DNA of 63,369 bases, the filler included, from an uncultured Methanosarcinales archaeon (GTDB taxonomy: Archaea > Nanobdellota > Nanobdellia > Woesearchaeales > CAIVOO01), in the NCBI GenBank assembly GCA_964485195.1. It is 3 parts of 3 records of this genome, joined end to end, with 100 filler letters (N's around TTAATTAATTAA, not from the genome) between each part and the next. Parts side by side here need not be neighbours in the genome. Positions count along the whole stretch, not along the records: positions 54,152 to 63,369 come from CAZAIK010000015.1; 2 more parts are not named here. One strand, written 5' to 3'. Positions 54,152 through 63,369 of this stretch are shown here, in pieces. Position 1 is the stretch's first letter. Every line of letters starts with the position of its first letter. Under the pieces are notes generated by a model that saw nothing but the letters and a program-made list of their open reading frames with translations, did no database searches and was not told where the DNA came from. A program made the translations under genes and the position numbers.

Positions 54152-57100
54152 TGACACTCACGTCAAGGAACGTGGTAAGGTTGCAATATCGTGCTCCTGA
54201 GCAGTAAAGCTCTGCGTCGTCAGGGATGCTCTGCCTTATTGTTGTCTCAATCTGTATCTGCTCGTTGAGATAATACGTTGGCTCAGTGGGTATCGCCTCG
54301 CTTATCATTGCAACGGATTCGTCCCCGAACCCGATGTTGCACAGGAACATAAGCTGGGCCTCGTCCCACTCGCAAACAACAGGGGGCTTGCCCCCCACCT
54401 CGTCAAGAGGGACTGTTATGGAATCTGTAAGGGTTTCCCCGCTGGTATCTTTTTTCCACTTCCAGGTAACCCTCACCTTGTCATACCTGTAAGGGGCTTC
54501 AAACTGGTTAGAGAACACAACGCCCCTGCCTCCAACTCCCAAGGATTCCCCTGCCCTCAACGAGTTCTGTATCGGAAGGGGGAAAGGCCTTACAGCTGTC
54601 TCACCATTATGCGCTTCCACGCAGTCGCACCTTCCGCCCTCAAAACCCTGGGCAGGAGAGCAGGAATAGTCATTGGAGCAGACAAGCTCAACATTAAAAG
54701 TGAGGTCAGAGCCTGCAACCATTGCCAGCCCCACCCTGTAGTTGAAAACCGCGAATCCTGGCGGGCTGCTCAGGGGGTTGGCTGACACGAACCTCCTCTC
54801 TGATGGAGTGACCAACACAGTGGAATTTATGGGCACTGGGAAGTCCTGCTCCACCAGTGCATTAACGTCAAAAAGCCACTCCCCTGTGAATGCGAAAAGG
54901 CAGATTGCGTTAATCAGCCTCTTCTCGCCGAAGATGGACTGGAAGAATGAGTCCTTCCCATACCTGGATGATAAGGTGTTTGCGACATCAGAGCCTGCGC
55001 TGGTCAAAGCCCCCAGCACCCTCCCGATGCTGGCGCCGAAACCTTTCCTGTCTCCTGTTGGGGCTATGCTGTACTTGTTGGTGAAGCATTTTATTGCCTC
55101 ATAAACAGTGTCGCAAACCTGCATTGACAATGCCTCCCTGCAAACTGTGGGGTTGGACTCACCTGTTGTCATTGTTACCTGGAAGCAGCCTTTCATAAGC
55201 TGGAATATGCTCTTCCAGTGATTAAGATAAGCAACGATTGAGGGCAGGGATATGCACTGCAAACTCCTTAGCAAGCCGGCAGTTGCAGGATCTATTATGT
55301 AATCCTTGTCCCTCACTCCCATCTTTGACTTTATGTCATTGTAAACATTGCAGGCTGTACTTTTGTCAACATTTCCGCCACGCACGTGCTTGTTGACCTC
55401 TTCAATAAAATTGTTGAAAGAGGCGCAGTTAGGATTACTTGCTGAAGCAAAGTTGATGCACTGGCTGCAGTCCTCAGTGGGGTCAAAAGATCCTTCCTTT
55501 ATCCAGTCATCTGCCGGCTCGTGGTAATAGGAATAGCCGGTTTGCAGGACTACAGGCTTCCCACCGTACCAGTCTTCCATACTGCTTCCAGGAGGTGTGT
55601 ATTCTTCTTGCTCCTTCTTCTCCTCAACTGTCACATCAACTCCCACATATCCTGATGTAACCTTGTAGCTATCTTTGGGAGATGTTTCTGCCCCGAATCT
55701 TGAGCTCATCCTTCCGAGGAAGGGGGATGCTCCCGCCTCTATGCTTGGTATTACCATGAAAAAGAATCTCTTGGTATGCCCAAGCTCGTAAGCGTCAGTT
55801 CCCCTCTCCCAGGTCCATCCCGTGCTCACCAGCTCTGGCATGAAGCTTCCCTGCGGCTCGCAGAATCCTGCAACAGAATTCCACAGGGGATGGCATTTCA
55901 CTCCTGATTCAATGTCTGACTGTTCCAGAATCCTCTCGCCCTCAACTATGTAGTTTGCCTGGTCTGCGTAGCAGGCAGACTCCTCAAGAGGGTCAAGAAG
56001 TGCGCACCCGCTCCTCCACTGCCTGGAATACTCTGTGCCGCAGCACTGGTAAAAATCAGTAGCTGTGCTGGCAGAGGCGTCTATTTTAACGCTGTTGCTC
56101 TTGTGGAGGTAAGGGCAATTATTTTCATCTGTTATTGGATGGGCGTTTGTCGCGATGGCAACATAATCTTTCGGAGCCAATGTCAGAGGATTGTTCTTTT
56201 CAGGGTCTCCATAGCAGTAGGAATAAGGATTGTCCCAGTTGTCCTCAACATACTTCTGCAAAGTGGGGATTGCGGGCATGAACAGCCTGTCCCCAATCCA
56301 GTTCTGGTAGTGCTCAAACTTCATCCTCTTTTCAAGGACTTCTGCGCAGCTTTGGCACTGGGCAGAGTCATAGTTATTATTCACGCTTGGAGTATAACCA
56401 TTCTCCTCAGGGCATCCCTGCAGAGCATCGTGCTTAGTGAATGACTGACCCACAGCCTGGGCAAACCTGCAGTTGAACAATTCCACAACCTTTATGCCGT
56501 AAAGGGCGATTATGGAGCCGAAGAATGTGTAAAGCAAGACCTTTTCCACATCCTGCAATACCTTCACTGTCGGCTCAATGTTTGATATGAAGTTGTCCAT
56601 CAGGTCAATCATGCCCTCCAGGTAGTCATTTGGAATGTCCTGCATTGACAGCAGTGACTGGTCTATGGCAACTTCCACGTAATTGCATATCTTCTGGGTG
56701 CCGTTGTAATCATCGGATTCAAACTCTATCTCTATCATCAGGGGGAGCTTCACGCATCCGAATCCGGGAACCTTGCAGCTGTACTGCTCCAGCTTTTTCG
56801 GAGCCTTGTCTGTCATCCTGTGCCTGCTGATGTTTGCAATCTTCTCCTGATAAGTCCAGTTTTCCCCCGGAGGCGTGGGGTCAGGGGCCCTTAAGTTAAT
56901 CAGGGTGTATGCTGACTTGCCGTCCCTTGAAGGGGTTGTGGATATTCTTGAAATCCATTCTTCATCATAATTGTCAGTGTACTGTATGTTAAGCGGGATT
57001 ATGCTCACATCAGGCCTTACCAGCCTGTAATCTCCCAGGCCCTGCCATTGCAGCCTGAAGCTCAATGACAATTGCGCATTGCCGTCAAGAAGCATCTGGG

Positions 57101-58457
57101 GTGAAAGTATTGAAGGCATTATGTAAGCACCCTCTCCCTGGTTGACATTCCACCAGGTTCCGAAACCGCAGGGGGAATAAGTGATGGTTCCTTCCATCTC
57201 TGCAGTGTTCCCCACCTTGTCCCTTGCCACCAGCCTTACGTGGTTGGGATAGGTGTCTACGTATGTCTGGTTGATGAATGTCCCGTAGGAAGCCTCAAAA
57301 TGAGTGGCATTTATTTTTTCAACAACAGCCTTTTCCACCACGGCGGTGATGTCAAAATCCCCGTCAGCGTCTGTGCTCACACTGTCCTGTTTTTCCCCGT
57401 TTACATAAACTGTAACAGTTCCTTCCTCAGAAAGCTTTCCGTCTATTTCAACATCAAAGATATATGTGGGGCTGTAAGCGTCAAGATTAGTTGGGGCTTC
57501 AAATGAGGGCGGAACAGTGTCTGAAACAACTGTTTCCTGCGCTGTAACCACATTCCCTCCCCTGTCATAAGCCCTCACAAAGACAAGGTTCTTGTCCGCA
57601 GGCATTGAAAGGTCAAACGAAAAGGGCGTTATTGAGGAGACTGTGATGGTCTCGTTATTAACAAGATTGCTCTCATTCAGTTGAGGAGCAGTGTTGTTGA
57701 CATAAGCCCCAACATAAATCTCCATAGTTATGTTCTCGTCAGTGGTTCCGTTCACCATTATGCTTCCTGTCCTTGTGGTGCTGGGAATGTTTATGGTAAC
57801 ATTAGGGGGGATGAGGTCAAGCCTCACAATTCCTGAAGTCATATTTGTCCTGCCCGACTCGCTCCTGGCCCATACCACCACGGTGTTTTCCACCCTTGAG
57901 CCGTCCAGCTGAAGGTTGTAGATTGTGAAGCTTCCGTTCTCGTCTGCGAATGTCTCAAAATCGTAAGAGGCAATTCCAATCTCCCCAGGAGAGGGGTTTG
58001 CATAGGCGTGCACCAGGGCGTTGGGAACAGTTGTGCCCTCAAGGGTCAGCCTTGTGCTGAAGTAATCCTTGGGAATTGTCACGTTTACGAAAACAGGGAT
58101 TTCTGAAACATTGAGGGTGGTGAATTCGTAATAATTGTCTGAATTGTTCCTCACTATGGTCTCGTTAATAGTGGAAACAGAAAACCAGTACTTGTATGTG
58201 GCGCTGGAGTTCAGCCCTGTGAGGGTATAGGAATGGTTGACAGCGTTTTGCTGGGAGAGCGTGCTTGTCGCATTGTCCAGCGTATTCCAGTAAGTCAGGG
58301 CGGAGTCAGCGCTTTCATTTGTCTGCCATTTTATTTCTGCGGAATTTGCAGTGACATTAACCGAGTCAGGATTGAAAACCACCTGGAGGGACTGGGCAGA
58401 ATAAACACTAAGCAAGACTATGAGTGCGGACATGAACAATGCTACTATCTTTTTCAT
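54152..58457 (-). CDS. Giant secreted Cys-rich protein with Fn3/Ig N-terminus, 3'-truncated
   Basis: Signal peptide, Fn3 (W.TNE.ADS...H...LTGL....Y), Ig repeats (D..PP, AxDxxGN), internal hydrophobic helix and many Cys. Confidence 0.75.
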
Positions 58458-60397
58458 ATTTTCCTGAACTCCGGCTTGTAATTCCTTGACTGGTTTGCCA
58501 CCTCGGCAAGCATTTCCACAGTTTCCTCGTCTGTTGAGGGGTAAGGCACCTTCTGGTAGACCCTGAAGTTTATGAAGTTGGTGTCGTGCAGTTCCTTGGC
58601 ATTGACAGTCCAGTTGCCTGTCCAGCCTCCCACGTAATTCTCCCCCTTGGAGAGGAACATGTTCAATTCATAAGTCACTGAGTCGTAAACAAGGTAAAGC
58701 TCTGAAAGGTTGCCCTCTGTAATGTCAGGATACACAATGTCCTGCGAATAATTGTATTTTTCATTTTCAAGGCTTATCAGCACCACCTCGTCAGCTAAAA
58801 GCGAAACCTCCTCAAGGTTCAAGGACAAAATCTTGGTGACGTTGAAGTCATATTTTTTCAGCTGCACCAGGGGAATCTCCACCTTCCCGCTTCGCGGGGC
58901 AGTTACCTGCCCTGAAATGAATCCTTCCTTTTCAGCCACCAGGTTGGCGTTTGCGCATCCCACAGGAAGCTGAGTCCTTAACCTGTAAACCCCCAGGTCA
59001 GCCTTTGTATGTCCCAGGGAGCAGACGCTGTTAAGGCACCTGTAGCTTACGTTGGCATCCTTCAGCTCCTCAAATGTTATCTTGTTGTAGGCCCTTATGT
59101 CTAAGGTGGGCCCTCCGAGGTTTTCGCAGGGAAGCCCTCCTGTCACAGGCGCCTGGAAAGCCCTTGCTGACAGCGGAAGCTTCAGCGGCCTGTTATGGGA
59201 GATGATTACTGGAGTTGCGAACTTGAAAGTATAACCCCTGCCTCCGAAGGACTCGTCATCCCTTATCGCGAACTCCACAGGGAATGTCACGTCATAAACA
59301 AAATGCCACATTTGCACGCACAAAAACTTAAGGATGTCCAGCCCTTTCAGGGCTTCTGACTTAAGGACACCTCCCTCGCTGGGTATTGCATTGACCTGCA
59401 TAGGCCACTCCCTGTAAAAGACAGTGTCAACAGTCAGGTCTGAGTAATCCTCTGAGGTCACGTCAAAAAAGAAGCGGGCGTATTCGTAAAGGTCAACAGG
59501 AGGGTCCCTTCTGGGAAGGTTCAGGATTTCCCCTGTCTTCGGGTCTATCCTCACGTCCATGAAATCCTCGTACTCGTCCTCAGGCTCCTGGAAGGGAATG
59601 TAGTTGGTGTTCTTGAACCTTATCCTCTGCATGTTTGCAGCCACAGCATCCTTAATCTCGTTCCTGACGCTTCCCAGGCTCCACTCCTTGTCAGTGCACC
59701 TGAACTCAATGCCTGTGAAAGGCACCCTTGAATTCATTGTCATAAGCTGCAAAGTCACGTTCTCAAGGAAGTTATCCTCATTCTCCTTTTCAAATATGGC
59801 TTTTGCAAGCGAATAAACCCTTTTCAGCTTTACTGGAATGATTGTTGAGAACCTGTCTATTTCATAGGATTCCTGCCTTGCCTTTGGAAGCACTTCAAGA
59901 GGGTAGCTTGTCTCAATGACAACGTCCTGCTCTGCAATGGTCACTGTGAACTCAGGCTTTCCCAGCCTCTGAAAATCATACTCCTCCCTCAGGGGATTGA
60001 AATCCTCCAGGCACTCCTCAATTGAGTTGTTGAGGAATCTCTGCATCTGGAATTCCATCTCCTCAATTGAAGGCATGTAGGTCTTGTCATCATAATACCA
60101 CATAGGGACTTTCAAAAAGCCCAGCCTGTCCTCAACAACGTGGGCTGCAGGGTAAGCCTCCAATTCCCTCGGGGGGTAAACATAGCCGCCGAACTGCCCC
60201 ATAGTCAGCACAGCCTCCTCCCCCAGTTCGTCAACACAGGACTGGATGTATGACTCCACAGGCCCCAGCTTCTGCTCAAGAGGCCTCTCAGGCCTCAGCT
60301 TGACCTCCTCCCTCTGGAAATAGAAGATTATGGCTATCAGAAGAAGGATTGCAATGCCTATAATAATAAATATGGTAAGCTGGCCTCTTTTTTTCAT
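58454..60397 (-). CDS. Large class III signal-peptide protein
   Basis: MKKRG/QLTIFIIIGIAILL leader; YIQSC...GG.Y motif; ATGA overlap with the downstream gene. Confidence 0.75.
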   Translation of the reverse strand: MKKRGQLTIFIIIGIAILLLIAIIFYFQREEVKLRPERPLEQKLGPVESYIQSCVDELGEEAVLTMGQFGGYVYPPRELEAYPAAHVVEDRLGFLKVPMWYYDDKTYMPSIEEMEFQMQRFLNNSIEECLEDFNPLREEYDFQRLGKPEFTVTIAEQDVVIETSYPLEVLPKARQESYEIDRFSTIIPVKLKRVYSLAKAIFEKENEDNFLENVTLQLMTMNSRVPFTGIEFRCTDKEWSLGSVRNEIKDAVAANMQRIRFKNTNYIPFQEPEDEYEDFMDVRIDPKTGEILNLPRRDPPVDLYEYARFFFDVTSEDYSDLTVDTVFYREWPMQVNAIPSEGGVLKSEALKGLDILKFLCVQMWHFVYDVTFPVEFAIRDDESFGGRGYTFKFATPVIISHNRPLKLPLSARAFQAPVTGGLPCENLGGPTLDIRAYNKITFEELKDANVSYRCLNSVCSLGHTKADLGVYRLRTQLPVGCANANLVAEKEGFISGQVTAPRSGKVEIPLVQLKKYDFNVTKILSLNLEEVSLLADEVVLISLENEKYNYSQDIVYPDITEGNLSELYLVYDSVTYELNMFLSKGENYVGGWTGNWTVNAKELHDTNFINFRVYQKVPYPSTDEETVEMLAEVANQSRNYKPEFRKI

Positions 60398-60507
60398 TAT
60401 TAACTGCTTCCAAAGAGGTGTTTCTTTTTAAATATTTCTGATGGAACTGCTGTTTTTGTTTTTTTAAAGGCTGGCTGCAGTGTTCGCTACGGCGCAAAGT
60501 TAAAATA

Positions 60508-61353
60508 TTGCAAATTTTACTGGTAGCATGTTTTATCTCAAAAAAATTAGGATTTGACAATACTGAAGAATTAGACTCTTTTATTAATGAGGAATTTGAA
60601 TCATTTGAACAGGCGGAGAAGTCAGGGGCTGTTTCATCAAAAACCGTTCCTGTCCGTAAGCTTTGCTTGTCAAATGCGGAAACGAGCCTGGATAAAACTA
60701 TTCAAGAACTAAATAAAATTAAATATTCCATAACCTGCTCCTCTTATGAATTTTTTCTTTTTGAGGCTTCTTTTGTTAAGGAACAATTAAAAGAGATAGG
60801 AAAACAAAATGATAGGATATATGAAAAGGCAATAATAGACGTAACCGGCTTATTTTCTAAGATTTATTTGGAAGAGTATATCCAATTTTTACAGAATCAA
60901 ATAAAAGATTCCAAAATCGCTTTTTTAATGAGTGGTATAGATAATTTTGGCAAGTATAATCTTTTATATGGTCATCCTCAAGGGGATATTGCTTTAACGG
61001 AAATAGCCAGTATTTTTAAAAAAAACTTAGAGGAGGCATTAATGAACGAAGAAAGGATGTTCGTTGCAAGATATGGTGGTGAAGAGTTTTGCGCTTTTAT
61101 TGAAAATTTCCACTACGATGAAGAAGAGGTGCTTAAAAGGGCTGAAAAAATTAGAAGGGAAGTGGAAGAAACTGAGATTGGTACTTATAAAGGCAGCAAT
61201 TTGATAAATGAAGGTTATAAGTATTTGACAATGACTGTTGCTGGAGGGTGCATAAAACCTAAGGAACATATAAGGTCCTTCATCAAACGGGTAGACGATG
61301 AATTAAAATCTAAGAATAAAAAAGGAAAAAATAGAGTCTACATTACAGGGTGA
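60508..61353 (+). CDS. GGDEF (diguanylate cyclase-like) domain protein; true start probably ATG 60528 with a frameshift
   Basis: D.TGL, IDNF..YN..YGH..GD, RYGGEEF, T.T..G and K..GKNRV motifs. Confidence 0.8.
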   Translation: MQILLVACFISKKLGFDNTEELDSFINEEFESFEQAEKSGAVSSKTVPVRKLCLSNAETSLDKTIQELNKIKYSITCSSYEFFLFEASFVKEQLKEIGKQNDRIYEKAIIDVTGLFSKIYLEEYIQFLQNQIKDSKIAFLMSGIDNFGKYNLLYGHPQGDIALTEIASIFKKNLEEALMNEERMFVARYGGEEFCAFIENFHYDEEEVLKRAEKIRREVEETEIGTYKGSNLINEGYKYLTMTVAGGCIKPKEHIRSFIKRVDDELKSKNKKGKNRVYITG

Positions 61354-61393
61354 AAAGAAAAGTATAAATGGGTGAATTATATATACTGTAAAA

Positions 61394-61875
61394 ATGAGCT
61401 ATTCATCATTAATAGAAAATGGACCTGTGCCTGGAGAGTATGATAGACTTGAATGGCTGATAAACTCAACTAAAAAAATTCTCATCCTGTTTACGTGCTT
61501 CAAATATCAAAAGAAGGTTTGACTGCAAGTTCCATGAAAGAGCAGAAAGATTTGGAGAGTGCAAGACAATACGCTGAAGAAAATGGAATTCCTGTTTTTT
61601 TGATATTTGCTGATAATCTCAAATTTGTTACATCTGGGGATGAAAAAGCAATTATTGATATTGCTAAAAAGCTTTATTTACATACAGGACAAAATATTGG
61701 CTGCGTTAGATATGAAGGCCAAAATATGACCGAGTTAGGCCTTGCTTTAAGACGCGCCATTAATATTGCAAGAAAAAATGATGAAGCTTGGCACATTTTC
61801 AGGCCCGAAGAAGACTCTTTAGATGCGAAAATAAGAAAAGCAAGGGGAAATATAGAAAGTGCTTTAAACTTGTGA
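61394..61875 (+). pseudogene. Frameshifted degenerate GGDEF/palm-like protein
   Basis: ATG 61394 frame joins the 61495 ORF frame at an A7 run (61472-61478); C-terminus IGCVRY...RRA..IARK....HIF resembles the GGDEF C-terminus. Confidence 0.4.
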
Positions 61876-61880
61876 GGCCA

Positions 61881-62570
61881 TTATTCAAACAGCATCCCCA
61901 CGAACTCCGCAAGGTCCTTTATTATTGTCTTGAGTTTCAGCCAGTCCAGGAATTCAGTCTGTTTTCCTGTGCCGGGAGTGAACATCTTCACGACCTTTTC
62001 ATTTCCCTCTTCGCTTGTCCCCCTCTGCGTTAATGTCTTGTCCCGTATCCTTATCTCCGGCTCGTTGTTGAACTTGTAATGCCTGACATAGTCCGGGTAT
62101 ATTATGTCCCTGTTGAAGTCTGCAAACCTTCTTGTCTCTCTGTTGATCTTTTTTTCCCTTATGTTGAACCAGCCGGAGTTAACCTCAATGATTGTTCCCG
62201 AGCCGTTGTTGTGATTTTCTGAGAAAATGCTGATGTTTCTTATTCCATCTATTGTTGTTCTTGTCTTTTCCTCGTAACTTGCATAAACCTTTTTCCAGTC
62301 AAGAGAAAGGGATTTGTATTCCTCCCCTGAAATTGCCGGGAAAAGGCCTTTTTCAGGATACCTGTCATATTGTATGAATCCGTTCAGGGTTATGTTGCTT
62401 GAGATGAAGCCGTAATCATCATCCTCACTCCTTTCTTCGTGGATTCCTGCGAAAAGCGCGTTTTTGTCAAATACAAGGTTGTAAGAATCTGTTCCTATGT
62501 TGTATACTGAGTAGGAATTCTCTTTTTCTGGGTAAATCCTGTTGTACCTTGCGCCGGGGCAGATGAACAC
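61881..62570 (-). CDS. Hypothetical protein, probably the frameshifted C-terminal part of the upstream ORF
   Basis: GTG start lies inside a 76-nt overlap with the 62495 ORF. Confidence 0.5.
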   Translation of the reverse strand: MFICPGARYNRIYPEKENSYSVYNIGTDSYNLVFDKNALFAGIHEERSEDDDYGFISSNITLNGFIQYDRYPEKGLFPAISGEEYKSLSLDWKKVYASYEEKTRTTIDGIRNISIFSENHNNGSGTIIEVNSGWFNIREKKINRETRRFADFNRDIIYPDYVRHYKFNNEPEIRIRDKTLTQRGTSEEGNEKVVKMFTPGTGKQTEFLDWLKLKTIIKDLAEFVGMLFE

Positions 62571-63369
62571 GCCAGTCCTGAGTCCTTGAACGGAAGCAAG
62601 ACTGTTTTCAGGAACCCCCTTGAGAAGTCAATGTCAGCTATGGAATAGTTGAGGCAGTTTCCCTCCAGCTGTTCTGTGAAGGTTTTTGCGATGTAGCTGA
62701 GGATGCCGTCCCTCACTCCGAAAACGCCGTTGGGTTTTATTATGAGTGATGCATTGTCGCTTGTTGAGTTGAAGGTTATGTTAGCATTTATTCCCTTGAA
62801 GAACAGGCTCGTGTTCTCAGAGAGGCTGAACATTATCTCGTTCGGGGTTTCCCTGTATGAAACAAAATATCTTTCTTCTTTGTCGCATTCTGAAGTCACA
62901 AAGCTCGGGTTTCCTGGTATGAAGTTTGGGAACTTGGTTTCTGAGTTGTTCTTGTCGCACTCTATGCCTGCTGATATTAATTCGCCATTGGTCACTGTGA
63001 ACACAGAATCCACAATCTTGTCAAAAGTCATAGTCTCAACAATGACCCTGTCTGCTGATTCCACAGAGAAGGTGCCTGACTGCCCTGCAAAGTTGTAGAC
63101 GATGTTTGAAGTGGCCCCCTCCCAGGTGACTGAGTCTGCGCTCTGGATAAATAGCTCAGCGCCTGTGTAGCTCACGCCCTGCGCGTTGAAGAAGGAGACG
63201 CCCGCAGTGTTGGAGAATGACTTTATGCTTCCGTCATTAGCAACTTCTATGCTCTGGCTGCTTCCTGTGCCTTTTGCCTTAACACTTGAGCCGTCGGGAA
63301 AAACAAGAGTTTCACCTTCAAATTCCACTCCTGACAGGTCACCTTCAAGACTGCTCGTGTCATAACCCT
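62495..63369 (-). CDS. Beta-rich extracellular-type protein, probably 5'-truncated at the window edge
   Basis: Ser/Thr/Asn/Gly-rich frame open to the window end. Confidence 0.55.
   Translation of the reverse strand, partial: GYDTSSLEGDLSGVEFEGETLVFPDGSSVKAKGTGSSQSIEVANDGSIKSFSNTAGVSFFNAQGVSYTGAELFIQSADSVTWEGATSNIVYNFAGQSGTFSVESADRVIVETMTFDKIVDSVFTVTNGELISAGIECDKNNSETKFPNFIPGNPSFVTSECDKEERYFVSYRETPNEIMFSLSENTSLFFKGINANITFNSTSDNASLIIKPNGVFGVRDGILSYIAKTFTEQLEGNCLNYSIADIDFSRGFLKTVLLPFKDSGLACSSAPAQGTTGFTQKKRIPTQYTT

Overview
Archaeal DNA with information-processing genes (rpl10e, PolB, PolD DP2, MCM, RPA2-like, TBP, aIF2-beta, intron-containing tRNA-Trp). The many class III signal-peptide proteins and very large surface proteins suggest a DPANN/Woesearchaeota-like MAG (inference). 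The window is three contigs joined by artificial N-TTAATTAATTAA-N linkers (31455-31554 and 54052-54151), so synteny across those points is not real. Contig 1 holds housekeeping genes, nrdJ plus cobO, and a block of large secreted proteins (S8 protease with FG-GAP repeats, beta-helix proteins, a Tat-type M23 peptidase, a Cys-rich protein). Contig 2 holds replication genes, a bacterial-type lgt-dsbA-lipoprotein-trx operon, sufS and an MNT-HEPN pair. Contig 3 holds giant secreted proteins and an AT-rich GGDEF islet that appears frameshifted. The most novel signal is outside the ORF track: two families of dispersed intergenic palindromic elements, family 1 at 1962-2059 and 11463-11611 and family 2 at 15744-15915 and 30421-30588. 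Each has near-gapless conservation between copies, pairing-preserving substitutions and a conserved small reading frame with synonymous changes. They are candidate structured RNAs, sORF elements or type I TA-like elements.
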